NCBI GenBank assembly: GCA_024277065.1
Contig: JAJRVY010000102.1
Location: 1 to 54,398 of the forward strand
Direction: 5' to 3'
Origin: Planctomycetota bacterium
Lineage (GTDB): Bacteria > Planctomycetota > JAJSAM01 > JAJVHW01
Length of the DNA: 54,398 nt
This document shows positions 21,754-29,811 of the stretch, in pieces; positions within the stretch are counted from its first letter, which is position 1; each line of letters opens with the position of its first letter. The notes under the pieces are model-generated. The model saw only the letters and a list, made by a program, of their open reading frames with translations. It was not told where the DNA came from and searched no databases. The position numbers were made by a program, and so were the translations under genes.

Positions 21754-23187
21754 CTACTCTCCCGAGATACAGGACCGCAGGAACGGAAGTACGAACGTGA
21801 TCGGGGCGCGCTCCTCGGTGGTCACGCGAATCGTGGCGGTGGTGCCGGCCGTGACGTCCAGTTCGGGGCCGCCGGACGACGTCCACTCGAGGCCGCTGAA
21901 GGTGGTGGCATCCGGTGCCAGATCCGCGAACACCTCGATGCGGTTGCCGCCGCCGGTGAGCACCTGCGCCATCTCGCGATTGCCCACCTGGTTGGCGGCG
22001 GCGTCGGTGGTCACCGGGTACGCGGAGACCGCCGTGACGGCGCCGCGGATGCTGCCGAAACGCTCGCGCGGCACGGTCGAGGGGCTGATACGCGCCTTCA
22101 TGCCCGGCTCGATGCGCTTGCCGTCCGCCACGAGGAAGTAGGCCACGGCGAGCAACCGGCTCGCAGGATCCTCCGCCTCCATCGCGCCCAGCCTCTGCCC
22201 CGCAACGACGTAGGTGCCCACTGCCGCAGTCACCTCCAGGATGCGCCCGGAGTACTCGCTGACGATCCGTCCGCGCGTCTCGAGCTGACCCTCCAGCCGC
22301 GTGATCAACCTCTGGATGCCCTCCACCTCGCTCGCGCTGGACAGGGAACCCGACAGGAGGCGCCGGTCGATCTCGGCTTCCTTGATCTCCAGCGTCTGCA
22401 ACTGGATGCCGAGGTCGGCGATGCGATCGAGCTGCTCGAGGTAGGTTTCCTCGCTCTCGATCTCGCGCAGTTCCACGCCTTGCAGCGACACGCCGAGCTC
22501 GGCGAGCCGCAGTTTGTTCTCGATGAACGCGCGGCGCGAGTTCACCACCGCGTCCTCGGAGCTGAGTCCCTCGGACCTGAGGGCCTTGTAGCTCGCGAAA
22601 CGCTGCTGCAGGGCGAGGTCCAACTCGTCGCACAGACGCCGCGTCGTCGCGAGATTCGCGCGCTGCTGCTCGATGTACGCACGGTTCTTGGCCAACACGC
22701 TCTCCGCCATCTCGCCGAGTTTCGCGACGCGCTTCTCGATGAGTTCCCGCTGCCGGGCGAGGAAGCGCTTCTCCTTCTCGGCCTGCTCCTTCTCGAACGA
22801 GGTCAACGTCGCGTCGCGCGTGCGGAACTGGGCCAGCTTGCCGCGCTCCTCGGTGAGCTGCCGCTCGATCTCGGGGAGGTTCAGCGTCCCGAGGAGCTGC
22901 CCCTTCTTCACGAAGTCCCCCACGCGCACGTCGAGCGAGACGAGCTGTCCGCTCGCGGGCGACTGGAAGGCCACGACCTGCCGAGGATGGGCGAGAAGCG
23001 CGGTGCCGGTGGCCGTGATCGGAATGCGCCCGACGAAGCTCCAGGCGACGGCCAGCGCCAACGCGACGCTCGCGGCCACCAGCGGCAGCCAGTTTCGCCG
23101 CTTGACGACCCGCAGTAGTTCGTCGAGCCGGTCCGGGGTTGACAGACGTTCCAGGGACTTCTTCCTGAAGATGCTCTTCGCGGCCAT
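21754..23187 (-). CDS. NHLP system HlyD-family membrane fusion/secretion protein (TIGR03794-like)
   Basis: IFRKKSLERLSTPDRLDELLRVV N-terminus, one TM helix, lipoyl halves, long coiled coil, PSTVPRERFGSIRG, LEWTSSGGP, PITFVLPFLR. Confidence 0.94.
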   Translation of the reverse strand: MAAKSIFRKKSLERLSTPDRLDELLRVVKRRNWLPLVAASVALALAVAWSFVGRIPITATGTALLAHPRQVVAFQSPASGQLVSLDVRVGDFVKKGQLLGTLNLPEIERQLTEERGKLAQFRTRDATLTSFEKEQAEKEKRFLARQRELIEKRVAKLGEMAESVLAKNRAYIEQQRANLATTRRLCDELDLALQQRFASYKALRSEGLSSEDAVVNSRRAFIENKLRLAELGVSLQGVELREIESEETYLEQLDRIADLGIQLQTLEIKEAEIDRRLLSGSLSSASEVEGIQRLITRLEGQLETRGRIVSEYSGRILEVTAAVGTYVVAGQRLGAMEAEDPASRLLAVAYFLVADGKRIEPGMKARISPSTVPRERFGSIRGAVTAVSAYPVTTDAAANQVGNREMAQVLTGGGNRIEVFADLAPDATTFSGLEWTSSGGPELDVTAGTTATIRVTTEERAPITFVLPFLRSCISGE

Positions 23188-23212
23188 GTCCGCCTCCTGA
23201 GCTGCGCGATCG

Positions 23213-23755
23213 CTATACGGTCCGCAACTGCCGCATGAACCAGTCGAATCTCGCCCCGGCGAGCGAGACGCTCTCGAGGAGTTCCGGCGAGAGCTCGTCC
23301 TCCTCGCGCTCGTTCTGCGCGAGCGAGTGCTTGCCGCCCTTGGCGTGCATCGCCGTCGTGGCGGTCAGGCGGTTCGCGAGGAACAGGCACAGCGCACGGT
23401 AGAAGCGCGCCGCGAAACCGTTGTCGCTGCGCAGTTTGGAGCGGAGCGTGTCGTGCGGGATGGCGAACACCCTCGAATCGAGCGTAGCCGTGACGGTCGC
23501 GCTCGCTGGACGGGCGTCCAGGAGCGCCATGTCGCCGACGACCTCACCGCAACCGAGCCGCGCCACCTCCTCGCCACGAAGAGCGGCAACGGTGATGCGG
23601 AACTCGCCGTCCAGGATGACGTACAGCCGGTCGAGCTGCCGGCCCTCGTGGATGATGGCCGTGCCCGTCGCGACACGCGTGGACGTGCCGGAACCCACGA
23701 GCCAGTGGAGGTCGTCCTCGCTGAGCTCGCCGAAGATGAAGAGGACCTTGCGCAT
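23213..23755 (-). CDS. Cyclic-nucleotide-binding domain protein of NHLP-type transport clusters (TIGR03896-like)
   Basis: MRKVLFIFGELSEDDLHWL, LYVILDG, GEVVGDMALLDARPASATV, GFAARFYRAL, EDELSPELLESVSLAGARFDW. First gene of the exporter operon. Confidence 0.88.
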   Translation of the reverse strand: MRKVLFIFGELSEDDLHWLVGSGTSTRVATGTAIIHEGRQLDRLYVILDGEFRITVAALRGEEVARLGCGEVVGDMALLDARPASATVTATLDSRVFAIPHDTLRSKLRSDNGFAARFYRALCLFLANRLTATTAMHAKGGKHSLAQNEREEDELSPELLESVSLAGARFDWFMRQLRTV

Positions 23756-23822
23756 CGACGCCCCTCCCCGGCTGCCGGTACAGCGCCCGCGGCGATCGCG
23801 AGTCGCATTGGGCAGCGCCTTA

Positions 23823-23832
23823 GTGATATCAC
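23823..23832. promoter_or_regulatory. Perfect palindrome GTGATATCAC in the divergent promoter region between the exporter operon and tolC
   Basis: 10-bp self-complementary, relatively AT-rich element in a 131-bp divergent intergenic gap. Confidence 0.35.
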
Positions 23833-23886
23833 CTTTCGCGGCGTAGTCTGTAGGCCGGAATCCAGGAACGGACTCGCACCAGAACC

Positions 23887-25566
23887 ATGCTCACGGCCCA
23901 CGACGTCTTCCGCGTCCCGACGGCACTGACACTCACGGTCGCAGTTCTCGCCGCCTCGTGCCAGCGGCCGTTCCTCGCCGACGACCCGCTCCTGTCACCC
24001 GACGCCGACGCCCGCTTTCGCACGATCGAGGCAATGGCGCTCGAGGACCGGTCGCGCACGCCACCCGTGACGCCCGACGCCGCGCAGGCGACGACGCCCG
24101 AGGAGAGCGCCACCGCGGAGAACGAGAAGCCGTCGCTCTCGATACGGATCGAGGACGTCCGCAGTGACGCGCTGGCCAACAATCTGCTGCTCGAGGTACA
24201 GATCATCGACCCCGCCATCGCGGGCGCCGTCCTGGACGAGGAGGAGGCCAAGTTCGAGGCCGCGTTCTTCGCGCGCGTCGAGGCGCAGCGACGCGAGGTG
24301 AACGGCCCGCTCGCGCCGCCGCTCGACGCCACGACGAGCCGCCTCGAGCCGGGCATCCGCATCCCGCTGCGCGGCGGCGGAGAGGCGCGCGTCAGCCTGC
24401 CCGTGGAGTTCCGCGACGTGGACCCGCTCGGCGCGCCGTCGATCGACGCGACGGACAGCGGCGTGCGCTTCTCCTTCTCGCAGCCACTGCTTCGCGACGC
24501 CGGAGTCGGCGTCAACACGGCGTCCATCCAGGTCGCCCGCTTCAACGACCGGCGCGAGGAGGCGCGCAGCAAGCTCACCGCGATCCGCGTTCTCGCCAAC
24601 GCGGAGAAGGCCTACTGGGAGCTCTACGCCGCGACGCGCGAAGTGGAGATCCTGCACGACCGCTACGAGTCCACGCTGGAGCAGCTCGCCCAGGCCCGGC
24701 GCCTGGTCGTGGGAGGCGTCGTCGCCGAGATCGAGATCGTGCGCGCACAGGCGGGCGTCGCGCGCCGCCTCGAGTCGGTGATCTTCGCGGAGACGCGGCG
24801 CCGACTGGCCGAGACCGACCTCAAGCGCATCGTCAATCGACCGGACCTCCCTCTCGAGTCCGTCACCGTTCTCGTGCCGCAGACGGAGCCGCGCCCGCGC
24901 GGACTCGATCTGGACCCGCGAGCCATCGCGGCGCTGGCCATCACCAATCGCATGGAGCTGCTCGAACTCGAGATCCAACTCGCCATCGACGCGGTGAACG
25001 TCGAGGTGGCACGCAACGCAGAGCTCCCCGTGTTCGCACTGGACTTCGACTACTCCTTCAAGGGCACCGGAGACAGTTTCTCGGACTCGACGAGCAAGCT
25101 CGCGGACAACGACCTCGCGGACTGGGTCGTGGGCGCCACGATCGACATCCCGCTCGGCAACCACGCGGCGCGGGCACGCTTCCGTCAGGCCGTACTGCGC
25201 CGCACGCGGACCCTGGCGACGAGGGCGCTGCGCGAGCTCGCCATCCGCCAAGAGGTGAGCGACGCGCTCGACCAGCTCGAACAGGACTGGCAGCGGGTGC
25301 TCGCCGCGCGCCGCGAGACGATCCTCGTCGGTCGCAACTTCGAAGCCGAGCGCAGGCAGTTCCAGGCGGGCGTCCGCACGAGCACCGAGGTGCTGGAAGC
25401 CGCAGACTTCCTCGCGGAGGCGCGCACGCGGGAGGTGCGCGCGCTGGCCGACTACCAGGTCTCCATGGTGAATCTGGCGTTTGCGACGGGTACCGTCTTG
25501 GGACAGAGCCGCATTCACTGGCCCGCATTCGCCGCGGCCGCGCGGGAGGATCCCGCACAGGACTGA
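23887..25566 (+). CDS. TolC family outer-membrane efflux protein (lipoprotein signal)
   Basis: Lipobox LAASC and two OEP repeats (FSFSQPLLRDAG...EKAYWELY; LAITNRMEL...IDIPLGNHAARA...FQAGVRTSTEVL...LAFATGT). Confidence 0.92.
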   Translation: MLTAHDVFRVPTALTLTVAVLAASCQRPFLADDPLLSPDADARFRTIEAMALEDRSRTPPVTPDAAQATTPEESATAENEKPSLSIRIEDVRSDALANNLLLEVQIIDPAIAGAVLDEEEAKFEAAFFARVEAQRREVNGPLAPPLDATTSRLEPGIRIPLRGGGEARVSLPVEFRDVDPLGAPSIDATDSGVRFSFSQPLLRDAGVGVNTASIQVARFNDRREEARSKLTAIRVLANAEKAYWELYAATREVEILHDRYESTLEQLAQARRLVVGGVVAEIEIVRAQAGVARRLESVIFAETRRRLAETDLKRIVNRPDLPLESVTVLVPQTEPRPRGLDLDPRAIAALAITNRMELLELEIQLAIDAVNVEVARNAELPVFALDFDYSFKGTGDSFSDSTSKLADNDLADWVVGATIDIPLGNHAARARFRQAVLRRTRTLATRALRELAIRQEVSDALDQLEQDWQRVLAARRETILVGRNFEAERRQFQAGVRTSTEVLEAADFLAEARTREVRALADYQVSMVNLAFATGTVLGQSRIHWPAFAAAAREDPAQD

Positions 25567-25905
25567 CTGCTGCCGAGCGAGTGCGCGGCCTCCAGCGGGC
25601 ATCGGTTCTCCGCGCAGGACATCGACGATCTCGTCCTCGCCGCAGCCGTCACCGAGGCGCGCGAGGCCGGCGGCGAGCTGAGTCTGGAGGCGCTGGACGC
25701 CGCCGCAGGGGGCGTGGTGGGGCTCGGATCGAGCGCGATGCTCTCCCCGTCCTCGGCGCTGGCACGCCTCGGAAGCAGGGCCAGCGCCATGGGGATGCAC
25801 TTCCAACAGGCCATGCAAAGGCAGTCCCAGCTCACGAACGTGCTCAGCAACATGTTGAAGCAGCGGCACAACGCCTCCATGTCGATCATCAACAACATGC
25901 GGTGA
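25567..25905 (+). CDS. Double-glycine (Nif11/NHLP-like) leader precursor with a T3SS-needle-like core; start uncertain
   Basis: Open frame right after the tolC stop: LLPSECAASSGHRFSAQDIDDLVLAAAVTEAREAGGELSLEALDAAAGG / VVGLGSSAMLSPSSALARLGSRASAMGMHFQQAMQRQSQLTNVLSNMLKQRHNASMSIINNMR. No ATG/GTG/TTG before the leader; CTG at 25567 and 25570. Confidence 0.8.
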   Translation: MLPSECAASSGHRFSAQDIDDLVLAAAVTEAREAGGELSLEALDAAAGGVVGLGSSAMLSPSSALARLGSRASAMGMHFQQAMQRQSQLTNVLSNMLKQRHNASMSIINNMR

Positions 25906-26387
25906 TCGCCCGGGCCAGGTCGGCGCGGCAGCCGCTTGCAGATGCAATGCGCCGCGCCCGGCGCGCGGCGGCATCGATCCGCGTCTTCCGCAAGTCGCCG
26001 CGGACGACACCCGGGCCACTCGGGGATGCCCTGGCACGCTGGATCGACGGACATTCACTGGTCGCCGGGATGGACGACGAGTCCGCGCTGCTCGATGTCG
26101 CGCTGTCACCGGCGCCCGGCCTCGAGCGCATCCATCGCGCGCAGCCCACGGGCGACGGCTGGAACTCGACGTCACAACGGTTGCGCATCCGCGCGGGACT
26201 CTGCTGCGAGTCCGACGTCGATTCAGTGGCGGCCGAGATCGTCGGCCTGCTGGGCAACGGACGAACGCCCCGCGAGGCGCTCGCGGTGTTCGCAAAGCGT
26301 CACGTCATCTCCGTCGAGCCGTTCCTTCCGGGTCTGCCGGCTGCCCTCGCCAAACTCCTGGGCATGGGCGTGCTCACGCCGGGTTGA
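25902..26387 (+). CDS. PqqD/RRE-like winged-helix protein resembling the C-terminal part of a class I SAM methyltransferase (possibly a remnant)
   Basis: GTG 25902 overlaps the precursor stop; alternative ATG at 25947. LLDVALSPAPG...GDGW...RLRIRAGL...DVDSVAAEIVGLLGNGRTPREAL...LAKLLGMGVL. No SAM-binding motif present. Confidence 0.55.
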   Translation: MIARARSARQPLADAMRRARRAAASIRVFRKSPRTTPGPLGDALARWIDGHSLVAGMDDESALLDVALSPAPGLERIHRAQPTGDGWNSTSQRLRIRAGLCCESDVDSVAAEIVGLLGNGRTPREALAVFAKRHVISVEPFLPGLPAALAKLLGMGVLTPG

Positions 26388-26478
26388 GAGGAGCACGCGG
26401 CCATGGCACGCGCAGACCTCGGGTCCGGCGCCGTCCCGCAGGAACCGGCGCTCGTCGCCGGTGCGCGTGGGACGTCGA

Positions 26479-27831
26479 TCAGAAGTCCCACTCCGGCGCC
26501 GGGGCGGGCTCGCTCTTCTTCACGATCATCCCCGCGCCGACGGTCTGGTTCGTACTCTCTTCGATGAGGATGAAGGCACCTGTCGCGCGATTGGCCGAGT
26601 AGTCATCACAGAAGAGCGGCTTCTGCACGCGGATCAGGACACGACCGAGCTCGTTCAGATCGAGTTGATCGACGCCCTCGTCGCGATGGAGGGTGTTCAC
26701 GTCGATGCGGTAGCGCAGCACCTTGATGCGCGCCCGCACCTGCTTCGTCGTGTGACGCAGGAGGTACTTCTTCGCGGGGTCCATCTTGGAATCCGACATC
26801 CAGCAGACGGTGGCCTCGATCTCGTTCTCGATGCGCGGCACGTTCTGCGGGCGCACGATCATGTCGCCGCGACTCACGTCGATGTCGTCCTCTAGCGTGA
26901 GACAGACCGACTGCGGCGCGACAGCCGTGCGTAGATCCCCGTCGTACGTGACGATCGACGCCACCTTGCTGGTGATGCCCGACGGCAGGTGGACGACCTC
27001 GTCGCCGACCGACACGGCGCCGGACTCGATCTGCCCCATGTACCCGCGGAAGTCGTGCAGTTCGTCGGTCTGCGGACGGCTCACGTACTGCACCGGGAAA
27101 CGGAAGTCGATGAGGTTGCGGTCGAACGACGTCTCGAGGTTCTCGACGAGGTTGAGCAGTGTGCGGCCGTGATACCACGGCATCTTCTCGCCGCGCTCCA
27201 CCACCATGTCGCCGTTCAGCGCGGACAGCGGGATGTAGCGGATGTCCCGCGCCTCGAGCTTGGCGGCCCACTCGCGGAACTCGCCACGGATCTCCTCGAA
27301 ACGCGCCTAGGAGTAGTCCACGAGATCCATCTTGTTGACGGCGATCACGAGGTGCGGGATGCCGAGCAGCGCGGAGATGAACGCGTGGCGCTTGGTCTGC
27401 GTCAGGATGCCGTTGCGGGCGTCCACGAGAATGATCGCGACCTCGGCCGTGCTGGCCCCGGTCACCATGTTGCGCGTGTACTGGATGTGGCCCGGCGTGT
27501 CGGCGACGATGAACGAGCGCCGCGGCGTCGAGAAGTAGCGGTACGCGACGTCGATCGTGATGCCCTGCTCGCGCTCGGCACGCAGGCCGTCGGTGATCAG
27601 CGCGAGGTCCACGCCCTCGCCGCCACGCCGGCGGTTCACGTCCTCGACATGTTCGAGCTGGTCCTCGAACACCGCCTTGGTGTCCACCAGCAGCCGCCCG
27701 AGCAGCGTGGACTTGCCGTCGTCCACGGAGCCGGCGGTGGCCATGCGCAGCAGCTCGATCTTGCGCCCGAAGACCGCCTGGGCGGCGTTCGGTGCGGCGT
27801 CCCGGGGGGGGCGGGCGGCGTTCGAGGGCAT
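26479..27831 (-). pseudogene. cysN: Sulfate adenylyltransferase subunit 1 interrupted by an in-frame TAG at 27307-27309 (may be a sequence error)
   Basis: [61 protein letters not shown]..., then the same frame continues with SALNGDMVV, FRFPVQYV, GAFILIEE..NQTVGAGMI. Confidence 0.9.
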
Positions 27832-28736
27832 CAGAAGTAACCGTCCTTCTTCTTGTCTTCCATGGAGTCGGCGCCCTGATCGACGAGGCGCGTCTCGCGC
27901 TCGCTGCGCGTCGCCGTGAGGGCCTCGGCGACGATCTCCTCGAGCGTCGTGGCCGTTGACCGGATGGCGCCGGTGCAGGTCATGCAGCCGAGCGTGCGGA
28001 AGCGACAGACGATCTTCTGCGGCTTCTCGCCGGGCCGCAGGAGTCGCGTCTCCTGCGCCGACAGCAGGATGCCGCCGCGGTCCACGACCTCGCGCTCGGC
28101 GGCGAAGTACAGCGGAACGATCTCGATCTTCTCCTGGCGGATGTACTGCCAGATATCCGCCTCCGTCCAGTTGGACAGGGGGAAGACGCGGATCGACTCG
28201 CCCTCGTGGATGCGCGAGTTGTAGAGGTTCCAGAGTTCGGGCCGCTGGCGTTTGGGATCCCAGGCCCCGAATTCGTCGCGGAAGCTGAACACGCGCTCCT
28301 TGGCGCGCGAGCGCTCCTCCTCGCGACGGGCGCCGCCGATGGCCGCATCGAACGCGTGCTTCGCCAGGGCGGCCAGCAGCCCCTCGGTCTTGAGCGTCCG
28401 GGAGCAGTACGAGCACACGCGCGCCGGGTTCGAGAAGTCGGGCAGACGAGCGATGCCCGCCTCGTTCTTCTCGACGATCAGCCGGAACCCGCGCTCCCGC
28501 GCGACGCGCTCGCGGAACTCGTACATCTCCGGAAACTTGAGCCCCGTGTCCACGTGCAGCAGCGGGAACGGGATCGGACCGGGATGGAAGGCCTTCTCGG
28601 CCAGGCGCAGGAGAACGCTCGAGTCCTTCCCGACGGACCAGAGCATGACCGGGTTCTCGAAGCAGGCCGCGACCTCACGGATGATGTGGACCGACTCGGC
28701 CTCGAGCTGCTGCAGATGGGTGATCGTGTTCGACAT
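27831..28736 (-). CDS. cysD: Sulfate adenylyltransferase subunit 2
   Basis: [77 protein letters not shown]. Confidence 0.96.
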   Translation of the reverse strand: MSNTITHLQQLEAESVHIIREVAACFENPVMLWSVGKDSSVLLRLAEKAFHPGPIPFPLLHVDTGLKFPEMYEFRERVARERGFRLIVEKNEAGIARLPDFSNPARVCSYCSRTLKTEGLLAALAKHAFDAAIGGARREEERSRAKERVFSFRDEFGAWDPKRQRPELWNLYNSRIHEGESIRVFPLSNWTEADIWQYIRQEKIEIVPLYFAAEREVVDRGGILLSAQETRLLRPGEKPQKIVCRFRTLGCMTCTGAIRSTATTLEEIVAEALTATRSERETRLVDQGADSMEDKKKDGYF

Positions 28737-29020
28737 TCAGGGCTTCCGCGTGTGTCGTCGCGTCATTCCGCGCGCACGGCGCGGGACCAAGCGGCGCAGC
28801 CTACCCCCGCGGCCTGCGCGTGTCAGACCTTGCGGGAGGGAAGACGCGAGCGAAGGGCCATGCGCCGACCTGCGCGCGGGCTCCGGACTTCGCGCGGCTG
28901 CGGCGGCGCTGCGGGGAGAATGGCCGCGACGGAGGCCCGTGACGAGGGGTCCCCCGAGAGACCGTTTCCCGGTGACGCGGCCACGATCGGCGCGATCCAC
29001 CCCGGCCCGGAGCCCGCATC

Positions 29021-29305
29021 ATGGACGACCTGCTTCGCTACAACGGCGCGGACTGGACGGGTTTCGTGCTCACGCTGCTCTCGCTGCACATGCTCGGTGA
29101 CCAGAAGCGCGCGGGCTTCGTGCTGGGCGCCGTCGCGTGCGTCGCCTGGGCGGCGTTCAGCGTGCAGGCCGGCAGCACCGCCACCCTCATCGCGAACATC
29201 GCCTTTCTGGGTCTCAACGTGCGCGGATGGGCGAAATGGCGGCCCGTGCCACGGGCACCAGGCGACGCGGAGGGCGCGGGCGGCCAAGGGCCCGCGCAGG
29301 AATAG
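29021..29305 (+). CDS. Small 3-TM membrane protein (PnuC-half/SemiSWEET-like)
   Basis: Three hydrophobic segments, with DW.G..LTL at the start and NVRGWAKW at the end. GGAG RBS. Confidence 0.65.
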   Translation: MDDLLRYNGADWTGFVLTLLSLHMLGDQKRAGFVLGAVACVAWAAFSVQAGSTATLIANIAFLGLNVRGWAKWRPVPRAPGDAEGAGGQGPAQE

Positions 29306-29476
29306 GTTCGTAGGACCGAGGGCGAGCGAGGGCGGCGCGGGGCAAGGCGCCTCGACGACGCGACTCATCGCGGAGCCGAGTCGGGGAGGAGAGGCAACGC
29401 CGCCCCGCGTCGTCGCAGCCGGCCGAATCCCGAAGTTATTCCTGCGCGGGCCCTATCGTCTGATTCGGAGGACTTG

Positions 29477-29647
29477 ATGGACAAGCGTGCAAAGAAGCGG
29501 ATCCAGGGACTGCGAACGAAGATCGGCACGCTGCGCAAGAAGCTCGCGGGCGCGCAGCAGCAGGCCGACGACCCCGGCGAGGAGCAGGCCGTCCGCGACG
29601 AGATCGCCAAGTGCGAGGCCGAGATCGAGCGTCTCAAGAAGGGCTGA
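29477..29647 (+). CDS. Small coiled-coil hairpin protein (56 aa), not in the ORF track
   Basis: GGAGG RBS, then MDKRAKKRIQGLRTKIGTLRKKLAGAQQQADDPGEEQAVRDEIAKCEAEIERLKKG. Codon usage is GC3-rich. Confidence 0.85.
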   Translation: MDKRAKKRIQGLRTKIGTLRKKLAGAQQQADDPGEEQAVRDEIAKCEAEIERLKKG

Positions 29648-29738
29648 GCGCGCGGCCCGCCCCCGGCGGCCGTGCGCGCCGAGCCGCGATCGCGCACGAC
29701 CGCATCTCCGTTCGCACGTCGAACCGGATGACGACGCG

Positions 29739-29778
29739 GCGGCATCCCTACCATGGACGCGGCATCCCTCCCATGGAA
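29739..29778. repeat. 20-bp tandem direct repeat upstream of the ECF sigma gene
   Basis: GCGGCATCCCTACCATGGAC / GCGGCATCCCTCCCATGGAA (18 of 20 identical). Confidence 0.6.
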
Positions 29779-29811
29779 GGGAGGGCGATCAGAGGCCGCC
29801 GTTCTCCAGAC

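Noticed and set aside
25714-25905. Classical TOMM, lanthipeptide or proteusin core
   Set aside because: No Cys, no Gly/Ser/Cys heterocyclisation tract and no maturase in the window. The composition is that of an amphipathic helix.
16630-26387. A type III secretion system locus
   Set aside because: No SctC/J/N/R/S/T/U/V homologs are recognisable. Only the needle-like peptide is present, so any T3SS would have to lie elsewhere.
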